NCBI GenBank assembly: GCA_051362555.1
Contig: CM120648.1
Span: forward strand, 2,846,087-2,910,086
Direction of reading: 5' to 3'
DNA from: Lingula anatina
Lineage: Eukaryota > Animalia > Brachiopoda
Length of the DNA stretch: 64,000 bases
Part shown: positions 13,980 through 31,444 of the stretch, one piece after another
Layout: every line of letters starts with the position of its first letter
How positions within the stretch are numbered: position 1 is the first letter of the stretch
Position numbers and translations under genes: made by a program
The notes under the pieces: generated by a model
Database searches by the model: none
Told to the model about the DNA's origin: nothing
What the model saw: the letters and a program-made list of their open reading frames with translations, nothing else

Positions 13980-14560
13980 CTACATGGTAGGATTCCTGTT
14001 TACTATATATTTTGGAGTCTGCATTGTGATTTGGCATAATTTTGATGTAAACAAGGAAGTAGGAAGTTGCACAAAGTTGAGAAAGCGAATTATATTAGGT
14101 TGGGATGGATGGAGAAAAGTTACGGGAATGGTATGCGACAGAAACATGTTGGAAAAAAAAATTAGGGAAAATTGTTCAGGCCATGCTTAAGACCATGTAT
14201 GCTACTACCGGTATATGGGGTGGAATCTGTACCTATATAAAAAAAAGGAAGACAAAACTTGATGACAAAACACAAAGGAGTGGAGGCTGCGCTGGTGCGT
14301 GTACGGGCCACGTAAGACGGAGGGGGAAACATAAGTGGGATAGAATACTGGCAATGAAACCAACAGGAAAGAAAAAATGAGGGAGGTCGTGGAAAAGATC
14401 CACTGGTGCGAGCAAGGAGGATATGAAAAATTTGGGAGTGGGAGATGAACACCTGAGTGGAGATGGATAATCTGCTGTGACAATCCCTGAGAAGGGACAG
14501 GCCCGAAAGAAAAGGCCGAAGTTCCGACATCTGCAACAGGGACATTTTCTTCAGAAGAGG
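13980..14560 (+). mobile_element. RTE-clade LINE 3' fragment (frameshifted, post-RT C-terminal region)
   Basis: Translations RKRIILGWDGWRKVTGMVCD, GKIVQAMLKTMYA and GHVRRRG...RILAMKPTGK match RTE ORF C-terminal motifs (RI..GW..WRK..GV.CD; GHV.RR; GKR.RGRP). Multiple frameshifts. Confidence 0.8.
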
Positions 14561-16362
14561 TTAACTTGATTAAGGCATCAATGCTAGTAAAAATATGTCT
14601 CACAGAACAAATTTATCGATTGATGGTCAGCAGTTAAGTTTTATAAAATAAAGTGAAGTTCAACAAAATACTTCTCGTGCATTTAAATCTCTTTGTGAAT
14701 ATTTTCCTTACTGTTCAGAGCCATCTGTGACTCTAGTCCCTCAAAAACACTGCCACATTGAATCGTGTTTATTTCCCTGTTAAGCTTCTCTAACACATTC
14801 TCTAATTAGTCATTTAGCCTCTTCTTTGTCGTCCATTTATTCTTCCTTGTTCAAAGTAGGACATTGGGAATACCGCGGAACCAGTGTTTTAAATTATAAG
14901 GTATTCTAATGTTTTAAACACACTGGTAGGCGTATACATTGTTGGACTTCTTCACTGGTGTAACTGAGGGGGGGGGGGGGGGGGGGATGTGACGATTAAG
15001 CAGGCACGCGGAAGACTTGCAGCAAGGAAATAAATTATTTGGAGAACTCGATACAAGGGATTGACAGTATTGACAGTACGCCAGTTGTGTCAATTGTGAT
15101 AGTGAGGCCTCTGAAAGTGAGGATTACGGATATGTGAAAGTTCTGAAGAAAACGTTTTTTTTTGTGTATCTACAGCACCCTGTTTTTATTTAAAATGTTT
15201 AATTAACGTACAGAAGTCATAATGACGGATGGGGCGGGGGTGAGGGATGTGTATGTGCATCAGTAGGCCTACTTGTGGTAAGGGTATTCCCTTCTACCGT
15301 TTCCCTCGTCACTTTTTGTCATTCCATGTGGCCAAATGCTCCCCCCCCCATTCATGGTAAAACTATGGACCCGTCAGCGTGTTAGTCACTGGTATACATG
15401 TACAATGTACCTCACAACTACACAGCGCATATAATAGTGGCGTTCATTACCGAAGTTTTTATTTATCTAGCTGGAAACCCTTCTACAACCAATTTTCGTT
15501 TTAAGTTTGGGCTTTACATTGCATATCGAATTAATGGGACGTTTTATTTGACATATTATGACTTTTAAAAAACTATTATGTCCGTTACCTTCTATTTTCC
15601 GCATATCCCGTTGTGAAACTGTTAAATGGATGAACTGATATATACTTCATCTAAGCTATAATGAGGCGGAGATTGTTTCAATCTAACGATTTGACGATGG
15701 CATAATGTACAATTTACAGTAAGTGTATTGGTCAATGGCAATTTCGGAAAAACTAATAGCGCAATTCCAAACATGACATGTCATTTTGGGGTGCTTTAAT
15801 AATCAGGGACTCAGAGTGAGGTGTTCATTATGCCCTACTATCACTGTATGAGAATTTGTACTAGCTAAATTGTAACTCGTCTTCTGTGGTTGGTAACAGT
15901 TTACTCAAGCTTACCGTTACGATGGCTTGTATTGACATGACACTACATAAAAAAAAATTGATGTCCACGTAACATTTATATCGTTTTGAATTTTTTTAAT
16001 GGATGAATTGATATATACTTCGTCTAAGCTATAATAAGGCATATTAGTTTCAATCTAAAGCTAACAACTTGACAATTACATAATGTATAATGTACAGTAC
16101 GTTAATCGGTCAATGACATTTTCAGGAAGATAAAGAGCGCAATTTCACGTATGGCATGTCATTTTGGGGTTGTTTAATTAACGAGGGGGTAAAAGTGAGA
16201 TGTGCCATCTGCCCAACTATCACTGTACATGTATAATTATTTGTACTAGCTAAAATGTAACTCTTCTTCTGTGGTTGGTACTGTACTATAGTAGACGCAA
16301 GCTTACGATGGTTTGTATAATATGAGGTTACGCATTGGCATGACATTCCATATATTAACAAA

Positions 16363-16587
16363 GACCCCATTCCCATAGATTTAAGATCGATCTATCCCTG
16401 TGGGGAGTCTTATTAGTTTACTGTCAGCTTAGCCGGCTTAAGCGTCTGTCCCGCCTACTAAAAGCTGTAAGGGGGTAATTAACTATGGTGCGCGCTCGGC
16501 TGACTGCAATTTAGCGTGAACTCCCAGGGAGTTTGGTCGATCTAAATCTAAATCTCTGGATCGACCTAAAACTCTGGGAATGCACCC
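16363..16587. mobile_element. Harbinger-like MITE, family C (upstream of gene copy 1 only)
   Basis: Ends GACCCCATTCCCATAGAT...CTGGGAATGCACCC. The interior matches 19535-19749 and 39271-39481. It is absent from the homologous position of copy 2 (~18660). Confidence 0.8.
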
Positions 16588-16830
16588 ATATATATATATA
16601 TATATACAAATATCTATGGCTTTCTCCACGAAGGTTGATCCTGGGGATGAGCCTTGCTGCCAGCAGAAAAAAGCCAGAATGACCGGAAATTAGCCCTTAA
16701 TTTAAAACACTGACTCAACTAGGACATATCTCCCTTCATCACATGATTCAAATTGTTGAATTTCAATTAAGTGACTTAAAACAATAATGGTGCTCTATAA
16801 TTGAAATGATAATTACTTCAAAACCTGTTG

Positions 16831-16837
16831 TATAAAT
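16831..16837 (+). promoter_or_regulatory. candidate TATA box of secreted gene copy 1
   Basis: TATAAAT about 65 nt upstream of ATG 16898, conserved in copy 2 at 18894-18900. Confidence 0.5.
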
Positions 16838-16897
16838 TAAAGCCACTTCATCACACGGTTTGTATAGGCCTATCAGTCGGCATTCAGCTCTGTCACT

Positions 16898-17296
16898 ATG
16901 TTCTCAGCCACAGCTCTCTACCTGACCGCCGCTGTTATCTTAGTGTCAGCGGGAACAGCTCTGGCCACTCTACCCAGCCTGCGTCTGTTCTGTACCAGAG
17001 CTCGGCTACTCAAGGACCCCAGGCCTCTCCTCGTGCCGCAAAAGATTGACGGCGTTCAGGCATGGTTCCAGTGCAGCTGCCTCCACCCAGACGCCGAGTG
17101 TAAGAAATGGGACGATACCCTGACGTTCTTCAACACGTACTGTACTCCTGGGAAGGAAGAAGTTCTCTTCATTAATACCAGGGATTTGACGAAGGTGAAG
17201 TACACGTATGACGAGTGCTCATGGGGTTGTGTTGCACCCATAGCCTCCTGCGGCAGCAGTTACCTAAAGGAATACTGGAGAGACAACGTCAACTAG
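16898..17296 (+). CDS. small secreted cysteine-rich protein, copy 1 (132 aa, unrecognised family)
   Basis: Hydrophobic signal peptide (..AGTALA|TLP), 8 Cys in the mature part, GC3-rich codons against AT-rich flanks, and a frame preserved in paralog 18955-19335. Confidence 0.85.
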   Translation: MFSATALYLTAAVILVSAGTALATLPSLRLFCTRARLLKDPRPLLVPQKIDGVQAWFQCSCLHPDAECKKWDDTLTFFNTYCTPGKEEVLFINTRDLTKVKYTYDECSWGCVAPIASCGSSYLKEYWRDNVN

Positions 17297-18893
17297 AGGT
17301 AGGGGAATAGAAGGCGATCTGGTTGTTTAACAGTGTGGCTTATAGAATGATTTCTCTATAGTAACCGTATAAATCATCCCTGAGAATAAAGAGTACACAT
17401 ACACACACGCGCGCGCGCACGCCTACATTTTCCATTGTATGATTAAGAAAAAATCACTTAAACTACATATTCGCATTTGTTGAAGGCAAAGCGGGGGTAT
17501 CACTAAGATGAGCTACACAGATAAAATACTGATGTCTTAAACCATGTTCCATCGTTTTTATGTATGTTTTTTATGTTTGTTCTGAAATATGCATAAAAAG
17601 CAAGGGTAAATGGCCTGTAACAAAATCAGCCCAAATGAGTCTATGGGGAAACAGTAAAAGCTAGGCTTTAAAGCCGTACTTTCTTCAAATTTCTGGTCGT
17701 TTATTGGGGCTATTTGTCTACCTCTAGTCATAGAAACAAAGGAAGCAGAAAATATTTGTGCAAAGGTCATTTTTGGGAAATAATGTAACAGGCCTACGTG
17801 ATATATATTCTTTTATTTTGCTCTCTGAAACTATATAGTGACACGGCCGGTTTGGCCGAAATATTTAGTCATAACGGATCAGTTTTTGCTTTCTTTTTTC
17901 TCTGCGTCCCTACACACATTCTTGGGCAATATACACTGTTCTGAATCATACAATTGAAGTCTTTTCTCATAATATTGTAACCGAATCTTAAATCATTTCA
18001 GGAACAAGCTCCTTTTGCCAACTGGAGATGAGTCAACACTAGCCGGCGACCACGTGACCAAACAATTAAACTGCACAAGTAGATCTATCCAGAGTGAACA
18101 TTCCTGTACTAATAGCAGCGGCATAACAGTCTGCTATTTAATGATTGTATTCAACGGATATATTTAAAAAAAAATAAATAAAACATTGTGATTTGAAATT
18201 GTGTACAATGAACATTTTCAACAGGTACGTTTCAATTTCAAAATTTGAAACCCGGGCCAAACTTTAATGTCTATGTACTTTTGAGTGACATTTTTTCACA
18301 CATCCTGTTTTGAATTTTTAAATGGATGAACTGATAAATAAACTTAATCTAAGCTATAATAAGGCGGAGATTGCACATTGTTTTAATCTAACGATTTGAC
18401 AATGGAGTAAAGTATAACGTACAGTACGTTTATTGATCAATGCCCTTTTAGGAAGGTTAATAGTACAATTTCAAGCATGAAAAGTCATTTTGGGGTAATT
18501 GAATAATCAGGAACTCAGAGAGGTGTTCAATCATTGTATAAATATTATTTGTACTAGCTGAAATTTAACTCGTCTCATGTGGTTGATACTATAGTTTATT
18601 CAAGCTTACCGTTACAATGGCTTGCATAATTACGCATTGACATGATACTCCATATACTAACATAGACATTAAAATATCCATCGCGTTCTCCACGAAGGTT
18701 GATCCTGGACATGCGCCTTGCTGCCAGCAGAAATAGCCCGGATGACCGGAAACTAGCTCATGATTGAATACACTAACTAAGCTTGGAAATTACTTCCTTT
18801 ATGACATGATTCAAATTGTATAATTACAATCAAATGACTTAAATAAGTAATGGTGATTTATAATTGAAATGATAATTACTTCAAAACCTATTG

Positions 18894-18900
18894 TATAAAT
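18894..18900 (+). promoter_or_regulatory. candidate TATA box of secreted gene copy 2
   Basis: TATAAAT about 60 nt upstream of ATG 18955, homologous to 16831-16837. Confidence 0.5.
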
Positions 18901-18954
18901 AAAAACTACTTCAACGAACTGTTTGTATATCAGTAGGCATACATTTCTGGCACT

Positions 18955-19335
18955 ATGTTCTCAGTCACAGCTCTCTGCCTGACCGTAACTGTTGTCTTGG
19001 TGACATCGGGAACAGGTCTGGCCACTCTACCCGGCCTGCGTCTGTTCTGTACCAGGGCTCGGCTTCTCCAGGACCCCAGGCCTCTCCTCGTGCCGCAGAC
19101 GGTTGACGGCGTTCGGGCATGGTTCCAGTGCAGCTGCCTTCACCCTGACGCCGAGTGTAAGAAATGGGACGACACCCTGGCGTTCTTCAACACTTACTGC
19201 ACTCCTGGGAAGGCAGAAGTTCTCTACATGAAGGCCTGGTATCTGATGAGGGTGGTGTACTCGTATGAAGAGTGTTCGTGGGGCTGCGTGGAGCCCATAG
19301 CCTCCTGCAGCCTCAGTTATTTGAGAGTCAGCTAG
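18955..19335 (+). CDS. small secreted cysteine-rich protein, copy 2 (126 aa)
   Basis: Paralog of 16898-17296 with the same 8-Cys framework and a signal peptide. It is 6 aa shorter at the C-terminus with the homologous stop. Confidence 0.85.
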   Translation: MFSVTALCLTVTVVLVTSGTGLATLPGLRLFCTRARLLQDPRPLLVPQTVDGVRAWFQCSCLHPDAECKKWDDTLAFFNTYCTPGKAEVLYMKAWYLMRVVYSYEECSWGCVEPIASCSLSYLRVS

Positions 19336-19534
19336 AGGTACGGAAGTAGGAGGCCATCTGATCGTTTAACATTGTAGTTTATATAATGATTTTTCTATAG
19401 TAACAGTGTAAATCATTCACGAGAATTAAGAGTACACATACACCCACCCGTGTACATTTTTGGTTGTAAGATTAAGAAATCTTTCACTGGCACTATATTC
19501 GCATTCGTTGAAGGCAAAGCGGGGGTGTTACTAA

Positions 19535-19749
19535 GGGCGTATTCCCATAGATTTTAGATCGCTCTATCCCCATGGGGAGTCTCACTAGATTACTGTCAGA
19601 TAATCTGGCTTAAATGTCCGTCCCGCCTACTACAAGCTGTAAGGGGATAATTAACTTTCGTGTCCGCCCGGCTGACAGCTATTTAGCGTGAACCCCCGGG
19701 GAGTTAGGTCGATCTAAAGTAAGTCGATCTAATCTATGGAAATGGGGTG
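19535..19749. mobile_element. Harbinger-like MITE, family C (downstream of gene copy 2 only)
   Basis: TAA|GGGCGTATTCCCATAGAT...ATCTATGGAAATGGGGTG|TAA. The empty site CACTAAG is seen in copy 1 at ~17501, supporting a TAA TSD. Confidence 0.85.
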
Positions 19750-21103
19750 TAAGTTGAAGTCATTGAGCTTCACGGATTAAATATTTATATCTTAAACCGT
19801 ATTCCTTCGTTTTTAGGTAGGTTTATTAGGTTACTTGTTAAAAATACATAAGAAGCAAGAGTAAATATCCTGTCTGCAACAAAACCAGCCCAAATGAATT
19901 TCTGGAGCACCAGTAAAATAATTTTAAGTCGCACTTTCTTTTATTTTCGGGTCGTACATTTCATCTTATTTCTTCCTTCAGTTCGAGAAATAATGAAAAC
20001 AGAAAAGAAAATGTGCAAATATAACTTTTGGGAAGTTATTCTTCAGGCTTCTGTGACATTTCTTTCAGTTACACTATATGGCACTGTGTAGTGACTTGGC
20101 GGCAATTATTTATCACAAGCACTGGCTTTATACGTTCTTTAATTGTACACTTATATTGAAAGCACTGTACAGCATTTATTTTGTTTGCTCTAGTCTCTGT
20201 CTCTAAACACATGTTGTTTTACAACACTGTTTCCAATCTTACAACTTAGTAGCAGAGATGTTATTGCGTAAATTTTCCTTCATCGTCTTGTATTCGAATT
20301 ATACGTCATTTCAGAAACCAGCTCCTTTCCACAGCTACCGAATGGATGAGGCAACACTGGATGACGATCGAGTGATCAACCAAAATTTTAGAGCACAAAT
20401 ATATCTTGCATTGTACCAACAGCGGTGGCTTAGCATGTGTACGTGGTTGTCTTTGCAGCCTGCTATGTAACGATTGTATCCAACAGATTTAAACAAATAA
20501 AGCATCCTGATTTGAGTCGTGTATATTTACAACACCTGAAGCTGCGATACAACTTTTAAGTGAAAGTTCGGAGATGGAACATTACTATAATATAATCGTT
20601 TGTGGGATATGCTGTAGGGTACTTCAACATCTGCAGATGGACAATTTCGTAAAATGCCTAAGAAAATAATTTCAGTATCATATTACACTACTGCCAGCTT
20701 TTATAGTCGCAGTAGTCAGTCGCATAATCATACACGTCTATAACTTCGTTTTCGATTACCACTAAGAAAGTAGGTCAATGTTGACGTATAGCATTAAGAT
20801 ACCTGTTTATCTATCCAAAGAACTGGCTTAGGTTGTTTAAATTGTAGGTTCAAGAAATTCAGCATGTGAAATGCAACTGTGAAATTCAAATTAGAAAATT
20901 CAGACGTTAGTATTACGCAAACAGTAAAATTCTCAAAACAAAACCAAACGAAATATCCATAGTTTTACTACTATCACTTTATCATTTTTTCACAGCATAA
21001 ATTACAAAGAGCACAAAGCACAGCTGTTTCCGTAGTGTCCCAGGTGTTACCTACTGAACGGAGTGTATAGCCGCACTCTGGCACGGGGTCGAATAGTTAC
21101 TCT

Positions 21104-27903
<6,800 letters not shown>

Positions 27904-28902
27904 GGTCGAAGTGCTTCAATGATATATGAAACTTTTTGATTGCATCTGCTACCAAAACCAGTAAAAAATTGAGAAATATTTTCAAATTACCACCATCTAC
28001 TAAAATTGTACTGATAAGGAGTCTAATAAATCATAAACCGTTTAATACTGTCCAGATTTTCTTCTTAGAAACCAATTTTGTATAAGCTGCAAATCAATTT
28101 CAAGCGCCCAGCCAACTGATGTTCACTTTTATCAAAACTGCAAAGTTTGTTTGATAACATAAAACTTTGCATTTTGTAATGTAACATGCATTCAATATAG
28201 GCTGCATTCGTAATTAGTTTTCCCTAAAAAGTTACGTTTAGCCCCTGTTACTCATGTCTTATTCTTTTGACCGCCTTGAGAACGAATTGTACTCCACTCT
28301 CATAAACATGCAATGCGTGCAATAAAGCAAACTATGTGTATTAATTTGACCTTAACGATCACATATTGGCAAGCCTCAGCTCTGCAGAATATTGTTGGGA
28401 AAGCAGTCGTTTTCCAAGCAGACGCAAGCCCGCTGTGGGGTTTTAGATGGAACGGAGTACTCGAGGGTGTCTTGAAACACTGCTTTACCCGGTATTATAA
28501 TGTGAGTTACGGTTACCATGGCAATACCATATTAGAGCAACGTAAGCTAATTCCTCTTACCTGTCAGCGTTCTGACGACTTACGTAGCGAGGGTCGGTTA
28601 CTTATTGGACACCCTCGCCTACGCAGCGTCCCTGTTAGCGACGTCTAAATCTGCACGGTCATGTCCGCGCTTGAGACCGACACAGCTGGTCCCCATTCCA
28701 GCGAGGTGCCAGTGGAGGGACAGACAGTGTTATATGAAGTTGTCGTATTTGACGATGGCCTACTTTTTAAAATATGACCTTCTAGCTGGTGCAAAATTGG
28801 ATGAAGTTTTCTATCGATCATTATCACTAAGGATTCCTTTCAAAAAATTTTTTTCCACCTTTGTAACAGCCTTAAAGGCCAAGGTAATATATAGTACGTC
28901 TT

Positions 28903-29150
28903 CACCCCTTTTCTCTTTTTATTATGTCAACACCCTTTCTTAATCTTTATTACGTCATCACTTTCTCACTTCATTACATCATCACCCCTTCTCAATCTTT
29001 ATTACGTCATCACTTTCTCACTTCATTACATTATCACCCCTTCTCAATCTTTATTACGTCACCTCCCCTTCTGACTCTTTATTACGTCATCACCCCTTTC
29101 ACTCTTCATTACGTCATCATCCCCTTTTGGCTCTCTGTTACATCACTTTC
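28903..29150. repeat. minisatellite of ~25-28-bp units containing TTACGTCA/TTACATCA
   Basis: Units like CACCCCTTCTCAATCTTTATTACGTCAT. TTACGTCA at about 28950, 29002, 29054, 29082 and 29109. Confidence 0.85.
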
Positions 29151-31144
29151 GTTTTACTATTGTAATTGACTTTTAAATATTGCTGATACCCGTCAAATCA
29201 ATCATTGAACCATGGTAAGAGATACAATAAAAATAAAATCCAACCTACCTACTCAGTACCCTGAAATCATGTGCAAATTGAATTATCAACAATCGTTTTA
29301 CTGATATGGAAGGAATAAGTAGGATTTTCATAGTATTGCAGAACTTTTGTAATGTCCACTGTTATCTAAGTACAGTATCATATCACGTTAAACGAGTCCC
29401 CTAGGGTGATGTTGTCACACAGGATGACTTATTAAAATTCAGCTAAATGTTGAGTGAAACAAAATCACACAAGCTCCTAATAGCATGCACGCGAGCTCCC
29501 TCTGAGATGTAGAACAATGTTTCCGCCGTCTTGTACACAGACACGGGAAAAGTACCCTCTCGGAAGGAATTTTTTTAAAATTTTAACGGCTCATCAATCT
29601 GAAGTTGACATAGGGCTTTGCGCCAACAATATAAGAAGTCAGTCCCGTAGCCAGCGATTTCAAAAGGGTGGGGTTTTTTTTTCTGAAAAAGTGGACCTTT
29701 TCCCATGAACCCTTTGTGTACCTAGACAAAATTTCTGTGCGATCTTTACTTCCACAAAACTATAGCTAACGGATAAACCATGAATAATAAAAAATAAGCA
29801 AATAAGTGGGCACGTAAACAGGTGAATGTATCGGCAAAATTTATGATTGAATAGATGAATGCCTGAATAAATAAAAAGCAATGTAATGAAAATTGAATCA
29901 GCATAAAACTATTCAGGAGATAAATGTATAGATAAATGTACTGTCATACGAACATTTTAGTCATGTGTTTTTGTATCACTATCGGTTCCCTAGCCTATTT
30001 ATATCTGGGGGCTACTGTCCGACACGCTGACACGCCTACTTTGACCAATGAAAGCGCTGCAGGCTGGTCTGTACTGGGCTTGGGAGTGTGCTACTGTAAG
30101 TAATGCCCGTGCTGCAGCCATGCTCCTTTGCACTTTTTCCCTTTTGCCCAAGGCATACTGAGGTGGAGGTACTTAATAATACACTGTCCACGAGCCCGAT
30201 ATACACGATAGCAGTGCGTTTTTTTGTCAAACATACAAAGGGGAACCGTACATGTTTCCCACCCTAAACCTTCTAATTTTGAATAGAAAACGAAGATATC
30301 ACCGCGTATAGTCCCACGGTATGTATATTGTAAGAACCCTCCCCCCCTGTGTGTATCCCGGATACAGGCCCCCCTTGCACTTTTGCTCTACCGGGCGGAT
30401 ATTTTTATGATCATTGAACAGAATGGTTGTTTATATTTTCACATGTAGATGTTATTTTTATAAAAAAAAAACACTTTTAAACGAGGTAGACAAATCTCTG
30501 GATAATGCAAATGGCCATTTATAACGAGAGACAGAGAGAGAGAGAGAGAGAGAGTGTATAAAATTCACAGTGTTGGGTTACACAAGTACCATGACGCAAA
30601 CATTGTTTTAGATCCCATGGTCAGATATAGGAGCGTGCTGGAAGCTCAAATGTCAACTTCCCCAGTGCAGATAGTACGATGTTGGTATCAAGTCATGTGG
30701 AATATAGCTTACAAAACGTTTTCTTCAGGGCAATTTCCTATGATTGATGTTTTGTTCATCCACAATCCAGTTCTCTGTTTGCTCGGGTTATGTAAATATC
30801 GCGGACATATTGTCATAATTCTGACAGTTACAACCGAATTAAGCTTTATGCATTTAAGTAGAAGTGATGGAAAATGCAATTTTATCTAAATGCTAAGCAA
30901 CGTAAACAAAATATTTTTGAAAAACAACCTAAGAATGTCATCTGTAGTGAACAGACATGCTTACATTACATATTAATTGGCACGTTATTGATGTTTTAAA
31001 GTGATCTATATCTAGCCATTTATCTAGCTTTTATCTAAATTATATATTTATAGACCATTTTCTCTCCTGTTCTATATGAACGAACAATAGAATTAAAGGT
31101 AGCATATGCGGCCAACAATGTTAACGTGTAACATTAAAATCTGA

Positions 31145-31145
<1 letters not shown>

Positions 31146-31206
<61 letters not shown>
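31146..31206. repeat. (AAT)n microsatellite
   Basis: Direct reading; about 175 bp upstream of ATG 31381. Confidence 0.9.
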
Positions 31207-31207
<1 letters not shown>

Positions 31208-31380
31208 TTTTATTATTATTTTGATAAGATGTAATAGCTTGAAGTATATGCCGCGATTCGCCGGTGGCGTTTGAAGCCTGGGGCAGTGCTCCTCCCCTAT
31301 CTTACACAGCGCCACCTATTTATTGGGCGTGTCACTTGGGGGTTATTTTAGTAAGAACGGGGACTTTGCAGGGGTTGAAG

Positions 31381-31444
31381 ATGAGGAAGAGGTGGGCTGC
31401 TCCTCTCCTGCTTCTGCTGGTACTCCCAGTGGTCTGCTGCAAAG
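31381..31444 (+). CDS. exon 1: signal peptide MRKRWAAPLLLLLVLPVVCCK
   Basis: Basic N-region, Leu/Val core, then donor AAAG|GTAGGC (phase 1). Confidence 0.8.

Larger units (their letters stand above)
15620..20520 (+). repeat. tandem segmental duplication carrying the two small secreted genes
   Basis: Copy 1 (~16000-18210) and copy 2 (~18320-20520) align across upstream, CDS and downstream flanks. A third copy of only the upstream block (AATGGATGAACTGATA...CTAAGCTATAAT) lies at ~15625-15940. Confidence 0.9.

Noticed and set aside
14162-14603. Overlapping 127-aa and 132-aa minus-strand ORFs
   Set aside because: They are antisense to the RTE LINE fragment and have no independent coding signal.
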